Assembly (NCBI RefSeq): GCF_001194135.2
Contig: NC_068986.1
Span: 35,803,459 to 35,867,458 of the forward strand
From: Octopus bimaculoides
Taxonomy: Eukaryota
Reading direction: 5' to 3'
DNA: 64,000 nucleotides
Part shown: one piece after another, positions 13,420-25,888 of the stretch
Layout of the letters: each line of letters begins with the position of its first letter
Numbering within the stretch: position 1 is the stretch's first letter
Program-made: the position numbers and the translations under genes
Notes under the pieces: model-generated
What the model was told of the DNA's origin: nothing
Seen by the model: only the letters and a program-made list of their open reading frames with translations
Databases searched by the model: none

Positions 13420-13860
13420 GTGAGCATTACTTCAATTAATACTGCATTTCCGCTATTTTGACTGATTGTCGAAAATATTGTGACGAGTGGATATCATTTA
13501 ACAGATATTTCATCCCCATTGAAAGGAATAAAATGCACTATTTTAAAATCGACAGCCTTCCATTTGTTGTATAACCTCGTTAAATATGTCTAACAATGTT
13601 TTAAAAGATCTCATATTTCTGTCAGACAAGAAAAGGCAAAACCCATGACATTTGTTAGGGTCTTTGAAACTGTTAGAAGGAAATGGTGAATTTATTTTCG
13701 TACCAGTGACATGGGCCAAACGTTTATAGCAGAACAGATTTCACTAAAGAAACCGAATGAATTGCCTGTAATATTATGCTGGAACACGGATTAATCTGAC
13801 AAAAAATAAAAAGTAACATGCTTCTACATTGTTTCACTATACCAAATGTTAGTTTGAACG

Positions 13861-14243
13861 TGGAGGTGCAATGGCCCAGTGGTTAGGGCGGCGGACTCGC
13901 GGTCGTAGGATCGCGGTTTCGATTCCCAGACCGGGCGTTGTGAGTGTTTATTAAGCGCAAACACCTAAAGCTCCACGAGGCTCTGGCAGGGGGATGGTGG
14001 TGAACCCTGCTATACTCTTTCACCATAACTTTCTTTCACTCTATCTTGCTGTTTATGTTGTGCCTGTATTTCAAAGGGTCGGCCTTGTCACAATCTGTAT
14101 CACGCTGAATCTCCCCCGAGAATGCGTTAAGGTTACACGTGTCTGTGGAGTGCTCAGCTACTTGCACGTTAATTTCACGAGCAGGCTGTTCAGTTGATCG
14201 GGTCAACTGGAACCCTCGTCGTCGTAACCGACGGAGTGTCAAC
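13861..14243 (+). mobile_element. Full-length tRNA-derived SINE, family A
   Basis: Same head and body as 10571-10950, in the opposite orientation. Confidence 0.9.
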
Positions 14244-14679
14244 CAGTCTGGCTCTAGCCAAGAATATAGCAGTAGAAAAGTCGATAACTGGGACATGCGT
14301 AAAATAATATTTATTTAGTAAATGTCTTAACCCTCATAGCATACTAGCAGCAGTGTATATGGGTACGTAGATAGAAGAAGACCTAGCAAATGATAGATCT
14401 ATGTATGTATATGTCCCACATAAATATTATGTAATATTTTGCATTATCCAGCGTAATTGATTAGACACACACTCATTCACATATCGATTTCAATCAATCT
14501 CTAATTAAATTTCCGCAATGTACAGAGTTACGCAACAGCAAGTGCCAGAAGCGTTCTCTTATCAATGAGAAATACTCTTAAAAAAAGAGTTTCAGACCCA
14601 CTACATGTGTGTGTGAATAAATATGAATATATGCAAATTTATGAAAGTATGTGTATATGTATGTTTGTATGTATATACT

Positions 14680-15025
14680 TTTCTACTCTAGGCACAAGTC
14701 CGGAAATTTTGAGGGAGGGGGGAGGGCAGTCAAATAAATCGACCCCAGCACGCAGCTCGTACTTAATTTATCGACCTTGAAAGGATGAAAGGTGAAGTCG
14801 ACCTCGGCGGAATTTGAACTCAGAACGTAAAGACAGACAAAATACCGCTAAGCATTTCGCCCGGCGTGCTAACGTTTCTTATTTCTTTACTACCCAGAAG
14901 GGGCTAAACACGAAGAGGATAAACAAGAGCAGACAAACGGATTAAGTCAATTATATCGACCCCAGTGCGTAACTGGTACTTATTTAATCGACCCCGAAAG
15001 GATGAAAGGCCAAGTCGACCTCGAT
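14680..15025 (-). mobile_element. SINE family B, dimeric composite, one end truncated
   Basis: Two units containing atcgacccc...gaaaggatgaaagg...gtcgacctcgg, joined by the same linker seen at 24855-24895. Confidence 0.85.
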
Positions 15026-15843
15026 ACAACGATGTATAGATTTTAGTATAGGTGTATACAAACACGCAGACAGACAGACAGACACACAACTGTATCTATA
15101 TATATATATNNNNNNNNNNNNNNNNNNNNNNNNNNNNNNNNNNNNNNNNNNNNNNNNNNNNNNNNNNNNNNNNNNNNNNNNNNNNNNNNNNNNNNNNNNN
15201 NNNNNNNNNNNNNNNNNNNNNNNNNNNNNNNNNNNNNNNNNNNNNNNNNNNNNNNNNNNNNNNNNNNNNNNNNNNNNNNNNNNNNNNNNNNNNNNNNNNN
15301 NNNNNNNNNNNNNNNNNNNNNNNNNNNNNNNNNNNNNNNNNNNNNNNNNNNNNNNNNNNNNNNNNNNNNNNNNNNNNNNNNNNNNNNNNNNNNNNNNNNN
15401 NNNNNNNNNNNNNNNNNNNNNNNNNNNNNNNNNNNNNNNNNNNNNNNNNNNNNNNNNNNNNNNNNNNNNNNNNNNNNNNNNNNNNNNNNNNNNNNNNNNN
15501 NNNNNNNNNNNNNNNNNNNNNNNNNNNNNNNNNNNNNNNNNNNNNNNNNNNNNNNNNNNNNNNNNNNNNNNNNNNNNNNNNNNNNNNNNNNNNNNNNNNN
15601 NNNNNNNNNNNNNNNNNNNNNNNNNNNNNNNNNNNNNNNNNNNNNNNNNNNNNNNNNNNNNNNNNNNNNNNNNNNNNNNNNNNNNNNNNNNNNNNNNNNN
15701 NNNNNNNNNNNNNNNNNNNNNNNNNNNNNNNNNNNNNNNNNNNNNNNNNNNNNNNNNNNNNNNNNNNNNNNNNNNNNNNNNNNNNNNNNNNNNNNNNNNN
15801 NNNNNNNNNNNNNNNNNNNNNNNNNNNNNNNNNNNNNNNNNNN

Positions 15844-15944
<101 letters not shown>

Positions 15945-16070
15945 CGACTGTCTTTTAGTTTCCGTCTACCAAATAGACTTACAAGGCTTTGGTCGCCCCG
16001 TGGCTAAAGTGCCACGCAGTGGGACTGAACTCGGGAACATGTGGTTACGAAGCAATCTCCTTACCATATA
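15945..16070 (-). mobile_element. SINE family C, 5' part
   Basis: cttacaaggctttggtcg...gtgccacgcagtgggactgaac shared with 40870-40960. Confidence 0.75.
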
Positions 16071-16317
16071 GATAGATTGCTCAGCTCATACAATATTCAA
16101 GCTGACAAGATCGAGGAGATCGACGATATTAATTCTCCCTGTCGTAACATGGCGCATAAAACATATCACACGCATTCTTTAGTCACTGAATCTCCCCTGT
16201 GCGTATTTGTTTGTAGCAAGTCTATAGCGGTGTAGATTTCTTTTATTATTCTAACGACTACGAATGTTTGAGATTTTCTTTTGGGACAACCAACACAAAC
16301 TGTCACCGCGACCAGCA

Positions 16318-16383
<66 letters not shown>

Positions 16384-16904
16384 NNNNNNNNNNNNNNNNN
16401 NNNNNNNNNNNNNNNNNNNNNNNNNNNNNNNNNNNNNNNNNNNNNNNNNNNNNNNNNNNNNNNNNNNNNNNNNNNNNNNNNNNNNNNNNNNNNNNNNNNN
16501 NNNNNNNNNNNNNNNNNNNNNNNNNNNNNNNNNNNNNNNNNNNNNNNNNNNNNNNNNNNNNNNNNNNNNNNNNNNNNNNNNNNNNNNNNNNNNNNNNNNN
16601 NNNNNNNNNNNNNNNNNNNNNNNNNNNNNNNNNNNNNNNNNNNNNNNNNNNNNNNNNNNNNNNNNNNNNNNNNNNNNNNNNNNNNNNNNNNNNNNNNNNN
16701 NNNNNNNNNNNNNNNNNNNNNNNNNNNNNNNNNNNNNNNNNNNNNNNNNNNNNNNNNNNNNNNNNNNNNNNNNNNNNNNNNNNNNNNNNNNNNNNNNNNN
16801 NNNNNNNNNNNNNNNNNNNNNNNNNNNNNNNNNNNNNNNNNNNNNNNNNNNNNNNNNNNNNNNNNNNNNNATATATATGTATGTACAAAAGAATATTAAT
16901 ACGC

Positions 16905-16955
<51 letters not shown>

Positions 16956-19321
16956 GTGTTATATGTGTGTGTGCATGAGTGTGTGCACATACATACGTAA
17001 GTACATGCAAATACACGTATGCTTTTATACACGTATGTGCATATAAGGTATATACGGTTGTATTCATATAGATATTTGATATATATCCCTATGTACGCAT
17101 AAAGAATTGCACACACGAATATACACATACATAATTTGGGTATATATGCAATTGGGTATTATACGGGGAAGTGTATATGTAATAAAACAAAACGATGGAG
17201 ACCAACTGGGAAAGCAGAGAAAGAATCGAACAAATATAGCAACGGTGTATATGAAAATAAAAATATAAATTCGAAAATCTTATGTATTGTGTGTAAAAAA
17301 AAACAAAAAATAAACGAAGAAACAGAGTAAAAAGATAACGGTAAAACAAAATTTAAAGTATGCCTATATCGGAGAAAAATCGAAAGAAACGAATATAGAA
17401 ATGAAACAAAAAAGATCTACAAACAATTAGACATCTAAGAAACGGTATGGAATATAATTGCTACGTTTGGTCCATATCACATTTCTGTGTATATGGAATA
17501 CCTTTGATATATTTATATAATTCATCATGGGTAGTCGAACTGGCGCGTGGTTTTAGACACCTTTATTGAAAAATTGCTGATAATTTTGGTGCCTATGATT
17601 CTGCTGCAAATCGATCTTAGATAATATTTTCCTTCATTTTGACATACACACGTACGTATGGATTTACAACATAATCAAACTTAGTGCCATACATACATAT
17701 GTATATATATATATATATATATATNNNNNNNNNNNNNNNNNNNNNNNNNNNNNNNNNNNNNNNNNNNNNNNNNNNNNNNNNNNNATTTAGTATTAAGCTA
17801 GATATGTAAGTACGAAGGCTATTTTACAGTTGGCGAATGCTAAGAACGTTTAGAGTTCTCTCCCTTGAGTTTTCGGCCCTAGAATATTAGGTAAATACCA
17901 AATATTATTTATCTAGTCGTCATGTATAAAATAAAGTGTATTAATTTTCAATGAAAAAAAAAAAAACCCCAACTACAAATGACCCTTTATATTTAAATCA
18001 CCTGTTTATGTCATTTCTTGCCTCCTCAAATCTTTTACAAATATTTCTATGAAGAAAAAGTTTACGATAAAAATAACAAACAGAAAGATGGTGGTGCTAA
18101 AAACCAGAAATGTTCAGAATCCCTTGCAAGCTCAACCAAGCAATACTGATAACTCTGAATATTTTTCCTAATCAGCGTATCCATTACAGCACTGGTTATT
18201 TCTGTCGTTGAAGACATCGGAAATAATTAATCCCACCTTTTAATATTTGTGATGTTAGGAACAACGACTGATTTCTGCTGATGTAGTAATGGCAGTATTG
18301 CGTGCTTCCGATTAGAATTGCTTTATCAGCAGAACACTACTTCCAGGACAAGTTATACTGTTCATGTGCTTAACCCTGTCGTTTTTTTTCTTTTTCGTTT
18401 CGGCTAACATGCAGATAAATTTTAAATATGAGATAAGTTTAACGCTTCGTTTCCTGCTCTCTGATAAAGTAATTTCTAGATCTTCAGATATACAACATCA
18501 TCGAGCTGATAGTTTCGTTGCTAAACTGTTCCATGATGTACTCGTAGGTTTCTTGAGTTTTATTTACCCAGAAGCGTTTGGGGAACATGTTTGAAATTTT
18601 GAAGTGCGTTTTCTTTCTTGTGCTTGCAATGAGAATACGTTTCCGTCCTCATATTTAAAACGTTCATTGTTTATTTAAAATGTTTGATTTTTCCATGATA
18701 CAGAGGCCTTAGCTATGATGCTCCAGTTTATGTACATTATCCATTAAAAGAACATACTCCCATAATCCTACGGTGGGTTCCCTAATTGCAAAGATCTATA
18801 TGCATAACACATATTCATGACATTAGATGATCCACTGGTAAAAAGTATGCATACGATCGTATGAACTTACAAATCCATTGGTAAAGTCTGGCATAAAAAA
18901 ATCTATGAAATCCATAAACAATTATATGTACAAACTCAAACATGTACAAAAATATGAAGGGATACATACATTTATATATATATATATACGTATGCGTAAT
19001 GTATGTGCGTTTCCACACACATGTGCACATACACCCATGTATATATAGATGAATATTGACATGCTTGTACCTTCTCGCATAAGATAATTAAAAAATTAAT
19101 TAATCTATGGTGAACACAATTTCTTGCTAAATTCCAGGTTTAGTCCTCTTATGATCTGTGTCTTTACGTATTAGAAAATCTCGTCCAGTCTAGTGTTTTC
19201 TCATGTAACCTTATCCAAAATGGACACTACAAACACTACTACGTGGCATGCTTGGAGATCTCACGAGAGCATTGGTTGCCTTGTTAGTCTACAAATAAAG
19301 AATATTTATCTCCCATTGCAG

Positions 19322-19404
19322 TGATAAGCACTCTTTCCCCCTGTTCTATATTAGCGTCGATTTAGCCAAACTATCAGAGCGATGGGGAGGCACTGCTGAC
19401 ACGA
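19322..19404 (+). CDS. Candidate 83-nt exon
   Basis: tatttatctcccattgcag| acceptor and CGA|GTATGC donor. Single open frame DKHSFPLFYISVDLAKLSERWGGTADT. Confidence 0.35.
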
Positions 19405-19621
19405 GTATGCAACTGATTGGCGTATCTAGTTTAGTCAAGTGCTCCCAGATTCGCTCATGGGGCGGTAATCTCAGCTGTCAGCGTAAATATATTATGAGCT
19501 ACACGCAACATTAATGTTAATTCTTATTTACTGCAATATAGATGCTATTCAGCATTCTCAGTCGCAATTAGTGAGGATTAAACTTTACTTTATTTTTTAC
19601 GATGCCTAGATGCTTATATTA

Positions 19622-19652
<31 letters not shown>

Positions 19653-20584
19653 ATGTAGCTGTACTCTAGTCCCTTTACAAGTGTCTGAAGGTTTGAATTT
19701 GCAGTGAATCTTATTTGATGTCAGAGCCATGACCTACTGTACATGATGTTCCCGTTTGTTCGATAGACAGTTTCATTATGTCAACGTAGTTAAAATCTCT
19801 CGAAGTTGTATTTGTTTCAGTAAACGTAGAAGAATGGTAAATGAAGTCATGCTTGATGAGATAAAGTCAATAAAAGCCTTATGATGCGTGCACAGTTATT
19901 CCAGTTGAGAGCAGAGCATGAACACCAATCAAAACAACTACTGAACTTTATCCACCAGTGTAGCCTGTGTTAACATAGCTGGGTTCATTTTAATACAGAA
20001 TGTGTTTGATATTAATTATTGTGAGGTAGACAGTCATATAAATGATTTGTATGGGCAAAGAGTAACACTGTGTGTGCAGCTTTATGATAGAAAGTTCTGT
20101 GAAAGAATTATTTAGAATTAATTCTTAGAAGTGAGAATATGCAATAGTGAGAGCAGAGAATTCATTGAAAAATATTTGAACATGGGTATCGTATAATTAT
20201 ATTTCCTGAAAATGTATGAACATTGTCTCATTTTTTCATTCTTTGAATGACGAAGCCAGAGACTTGGGAGATACTGACTTCCTCATTCATAATACTCCAA
20301 TATTTATAACATATTTGTTTTCATCAAGAATTCATTATATTCCGGAAATGTCATTTTAGTAAATGGATAATTGCTTATTTTCATATTAACTTTAAGATAT
20401 CATTAAATTAGAACCTTTTCTTTGCCTTTTTCTATTTCTGATGGGAGAAAGATTATAAACTTTAGATGAGAGACCCGAATGATTCCAATAGACTGTACTA
20501 TGCTAAAGTACCTAACACTCATATGGTAGTATTAGACCTGGCAATCAATTAGGTTTGCCACCAAGGAACAAGAACGATATAAAC

Positions 20585-20730
20585 AAGTCTCCAACAAAAT
20601 TTCACTCACTAAGGCTTTGATCGATGCAAGGCTATGATAGAAGACACCTGCTCAAGTTGTTCTGCAGTGGAATTGAACGCTTAACCACACAGTTGCAAAG
20701 CAAACTTCTTAGTCTTACAGCCATGCCTGT
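20585..20730 (-). mobile_element. SINE family C, 5' part, diverged
   Basis: ttcactcactaaggctttgatcg...gaagacacctgctcaag...acagccatgcctg. Confidence 0.65.
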
Positions 20731-21082
20731 GTCTATTCCCTATCTTATAGCCATACTCGATCCTTATTTTCTCTGCAACAGAGGTAAGTCTAAGTCAACT
20801 CCAACGAGCAGAAGCAGTTTCTTTATGATCTTATGATCTCTATTTTAATAGAGATATGTAATTACTAGTTATCGGAAAACATGTTTTCCATCTTAATTTT
20901 GGCACAAATTCATTTGAAGCTTTCAACAATTTTAGAATTTAAAAACGCCTAATCTGTGAGTAGATTCAAAGATTTGTTTAGATTTTATATATTCTTAATA
21001 GACTAACATAAAAATTTGGAGGCCAATAGTAAAAGTATAGAAATTGAGAGAGAGTGAGTAATAGGTTAAAAAAGAGGGAGGA

Positions 21083-21135
<53 letters not shown>

Positions 21136-21789
21136 GGTAACAAGGAAAAGAGAAGATAGAAAGAAAGGGGAAAGGGGGATGCAGAAAGAAAGCAAAAGAA
21201 ATCATGTTTTCCACAAGATCTGGCAGAAATATTTCAGTTAGCATCAATAGAACCACTTAGCTGATTGATTTGCTTAGCTAATGTCTGTGGCTAAAGCCAT
21301 TTAAACTCTCTTGACCTGAAGAAATAAGCAACCTTCCTTCCTCTTCATAAATAAATAAACAAATAAATAAATATAAATCAAAAACAAAAAAAAATCAAAA
21401 CGAAATGAAACGAACAGAAAAAAAAAATAATAGTTAAAACTATAACAACAGTATAAAGAAAAAAGAAGAAACAAAATACACATTGTTTAGTGATGATGGT
21501 TTCAGATCTAAATATAGTCTAGATTCTGACATAAAACTGATGTATTCCTCTTCACTGTTGAATAATAAATATAAAGTAAAATGAAACAAATGGGAAGCAA
21601 ATATTGCAAGAACAAATAAAAATCACTTCACTTTACTCTATAATCATTTCTATCTTCTGTTTTACAATTCTATTTTCTCCTTCTCCTACCATACATTTTC
21701 TTCATCGTCATCGTTTTATTCGTTTATCACCATACGTTTATCTCTTTCTCTTTTTTTTTCTCTTTTTTGCCCACTTACCATCATAATCG

Positions 21790-21960
21790 GGTTAATATTT
21801 ATTTTAGCTATGCTTGCATGTGTAGGATTGCATGCTGCATGGAAACCTCTCATTCCATTTTATCGCATCTCTGGTCAGCTTCCGCTTTTTCAGTCCATAT
21901 TCTTTGAGGTCATCGTTGATTATTAATCAGGTCTCGGTTACCATTGGTCACGCATTTACG
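21790..21960 (-). mobile_element. RTE-like LINE 3' end remnant
   Basis: INDDLKEYGLKKRKLTRDAIKW resembles the RTE C-terminal ..DDL..GL....DR..W, followed by a catgcaagcat tail motif. Confidence 0.5.
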
Positions 21961-23504
21961 TCATTCATTATTACAGAACTGTTTTTTGCTTTCTTTCTTT
22001 CGTTCGTTCGTTCATACATTTATTGCTTAGTCACAGCTATAACACAACATTTCAGTGTGTAGCAAGCGATAATTTCTGAATAGCTTTCAGAGAATTAGGC
22101 AATAAAAAAAATCGACTAAGAACGATCGTTGCATTGTAACAAATTCAAATTTTCCACTTTGAATTGAAATGTTAAAATTGAAATACATTTCGATTATTTT
22201 TATTTTTTAAACTTATTCAATCAAGTCTATGCATTGATTTAATAATGTAATAATTTATGTCTTTCCATTAAAGTGGCCAATTTTAAGGCTGAAAAGTAAC
22301 TAAAATACGACTGGTATCATGTCCAATACCAAGAAAATTAACATACACCAAATTGTAGTAGGGAGTCTTCAATAATCGCTAAAGTCATTATTGCAAAGAA
22401 TGGGAGCATGTTACAATTCCAAATTACATCATTTGATACAAGAAATTAGATACTCGGGCATAAAAATCCACGCAGTTAAGAGATACGGTGCTATTTACAT
22501 GCAGTCGTAGATGTCCAGAATAACTTTGGGACTAGAATAAATAAGTAAATGCTTAACTAGTGTATTCCTCAGTTACGTTATATTCTTTCAATACAATGCA
22601 ATCAGAGATCATTTACCACTTCGAGTTTATGACAGAAGAACGGCATTTATATCTATAAAGGAACGGTCAAATTGTATGTCAATTAAAATTACCGACAATG
22701 GCCTCTCCTAGGATTTTTACAGCAATACATCTACGGCTGAAAATCTTGAACGAACCTTTTCACCCCCTATTACTTACAGAATCACATGCGCCACTTCTCT
22801 CTCCCTCTTTCTCTCTCTCTCGCGTGCTTGCTTGCTTGCATATGTACACATATCCATAACATTTACTTATACACACACACTCTCACACATATGTATATAT
22901 GCATATTCACTAGTGAAGGATTTGTCACATTAACACTAACCCAAGAGATTAATAAGATCATTAGCAATTTCAAATTTCCAAAAGTCTGAAACATATCCTC
23001 TAAAAACTCTTCCGGCAAATAAAGTGTAATTGTAATGTATATATATATATAACGTACGTATGCATATATTTAAAGGCGCATAAATGTATGTATACATAAA
23101 CACATACTCACTCATGTATGTAAATATATAAAAATATGGTGGTACTAAACGTGGGACAGGTAAAATAGAATCTATCTATCTATCTGTGTGTGTGTGCGTG
23201 TGTATTTGTATGCATGGAAATATTCAAGTACATATACATGTACACGCAAATGAACATATCTATCGAGTTAATTTTTACGGGGTCGAGAATATGATATAGT
23301 AAATTGTGATCTAAATAAACTATTCAGATTTTAGAAGATACGTTAAATAAATGCAAAATGAAAGGTACTGGTATAATACATATAAACAGCGATAATATAC
23401 TAGGGCTGGCATTGAATATGAAAACTAGCAACAAATCCATGCTGATATCTTTACCGTAGTGGCTACAAAATAGCCAGTTCAAAACGAAGTCTAATTAATC
23501 ATAC

Positions 23505-23780
23505 TAAGATACTTCTCGCGACGTCAACGAAACGCTTGGTGAGTAAATTGCTAGTGAGTGGACAGATCGAAAATGATTTCAACGATTTCCCAGGGGAGAC
23601 CTGAACCTTGAAGATCGTCACCGTAATGGACGCCCATCTATCATCGATGACCGTCAATTAAAGACCATCATTGAGAAAGATCCAAGTAAATCCACTGGAG
23701 AACTGGCAAATGAATTTCAAGTTAGCGAGAAAACTGTTGAAACCATTTGCATGCGATCGGAAAATTAAAAAAATACATAG
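23505..23780 (+). pseudogene. Mariner transposase N-terminal HTH relic
   Basis: FQRFPRGDLNLEDRHRNGRPSIIDDRQLKTIIEKDPSKSTGELANEFQVSEKTV matches mariner F..F..GD..LED..RSGRP...L..II..DP..T.ELA. Contains stops and a frameshift. Confidence 0.85.
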
Positions 23781-23829
23781 ATTTGTTAGTGTCATGAGGG
23801 AGAGGTTTGCTTCAACAACCACCGGATGC

Positions 23830-24090
23830 TCTTTCATGGGCATTATTGTTTTGAGTCCTTCGAATCATAGGGCCGGTTATTCGGTTTCTGTGACGTTTAA
23901 GTGATCGACATCACAACGTTTCCACTGATTAGGATGTCAATCTGTCACAGAGTTACTCATTTACAGCTGAGTGGACTGGAACCATATGAAATGAAGCGTT
24001 TTGCTCAAGAGCACGACGCACGTCCCAGTCTGAGAATCAAGACTACGATCTTGAGATTGTGACATTAATTTAACACCTAGGCCAGGTGGT
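23830..24090 (-). mobile_element. SINE family D-like
   Basis: catttacagctgagtggactgg...gaaatgaagcgttttgctcaagagcac core, with a degenerate tRNA head. Confidence 0.7.
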
Positions 24091-24674
24091 TTCGCTATCT
24101 ATTTCAAAGACCTCCCTATATCTTCATATTTCCAATTGTTTAAATGTCGATCAGTATTCGTAGTTTAATCCCAGGTTATTCGTCAATAAACATAATTAAA
24201 AAACGATTTTCAGTCTCACAAAACTTACATATTTGCTTGACACTAAATAAATAAATTTTAAATTATTTTAATGTTACAAACATTGTAAATGCAAACACAG
24301 GTGTATAATATTTAAAGCGCAAATAACAGAGTTATTATATTATTTAAGATCGTAAAAATAAAATAAACTGGTGTTGACATACCTTAGCATACATTCTAGG
24401 GAATGCATTGCATCCTTTTGACTTGGAATGAAAACATCCCTTTGTTTGCGAATGAGGTTTAAGCAGTAATCTATGAATAAGTTGAAGGATTCTATCAGCG
24501 ATTCTTCCTAGAATGAAGGAAATGAATATAGATATAAACATTATATGACAAACACATATAAAGGCAGAATGTTATAAAAATGCGTACACGTACACAGATT
24601 TATAAATGTATGTGCCCAGTTAGTGCTGATTGTTGGAAAAGAGAGTAGTCAATGTCATTGAAGAGATTCTTTTC

Positions 24675-25110
24675 TTATCTAGGCACAAGGCCCGAAATTT
24701 TTGGGGAGGGGCCAGTCGATTAGTTCGACCTCAGTACACAACTGGTACTTAATTTATCGACTCCGAAAGGATGAAAAGCAAAGTCAACCTGGGCGGAATT
24801 TGAACTCAGATGGTAAAGATAGACGAAATACCGCTAAGCATTTCGCCTGGCGTACTAACGTTTCTTATTTCTTTACTGCCCACAAGGGGCTAAACATAGA
24901 TGGAACAAACAAGGACAGACAAAGGGCTTAAGTCGATTACATCGACCCCAGTGCGAAACTGGTACTTATTTAATCGACCCCGAAAGGATGACAGGCAAAG
25001 TCGACCTCGGCGGAATTTGAACACAGAACGTAGCGGCAGACGAAATACCGCAAAGCATTTAAGCATTTCGCCCGGCGTGCTAACGTTCTGCCAGCTCGTC
25101 GCCTTGAGAT
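24675..25110 (-). mobile_element. SINE family B, dimeric composite
   Basis: Two tandem units with linker aacgtttcttatttctttactgcccacaaggggctaaac. The head reverse-complements to aaggcgacgagctggcagaacgttagc. Confidence 0.9.
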
Positions 25111-25214
25111 TGATAACATATTCAGTCATAACTTGCCTGAAGACTCTGTGCAATCACAAGCAAAACTCTGAGTAGCAGGAGACTGACTCGACCTCCACCC
25201 CCCTCCCCACACAC

Positions 25215-25245
<31 letters not shown>

Positions 25246-25841
25246 AAACTATGCACTAAAACATGGGTTCAAATTGTTAACAACCCTAATTTTTTTCCTT
25301 TGACTAACTCCAGATTTCCTTTTAATTTTTGATAAGATGGATACATGGATACCAGTTATATCTTAAATCACTCAATGTAACAAAAATATTAGACATTCTC
25401 TAAAATATATTGTTGTGCCTTTTCGAACTCGATTTACATTTTGAACCATAATTTATTATTTGTATGGACTCTTAACCCCCTTTCAACTATATAAATATAC
25501 ATATACATACATATATATACAGACGCCCCCCCCCACGCCCCCCATATATATATANNNNNNNNNNNNNNNNNNNNNNNNNNNNNNNNNNNNNNNNNNNNNN
25601 NNNNNNNNNNNNNNNNNNNNNNNNNNNNNNNNNNNNNNNNNNNNNNNNNNNNNNNNNNNNNNNNNNNNNNNNNNNNNNNNNNNNNNNNNNNNNNNNNNNN
25701 NNNNNNNNNNNNNNNNNNNNNNNNNNNNNNNNNNNNNNNNNNNNNNNNNNNNNNNNNNNNNNNNNNNNNNNNNNNNNNNNNNNNNNNNNNNNNNNNNNNN
25801 NNNNNNNNNNNNNNNNNNNNNNNNNNNNNNNNNNNNNNNNN

Positions 25842-25888
<47 letters not shown>

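Noticed and set aside
21810-21842. Cluster of three TGCATG (RBFOX) motifs
   Set aside because: Lies inside the reverse-strand 3' tail of an RTE-like remnant, which explains the motifs.
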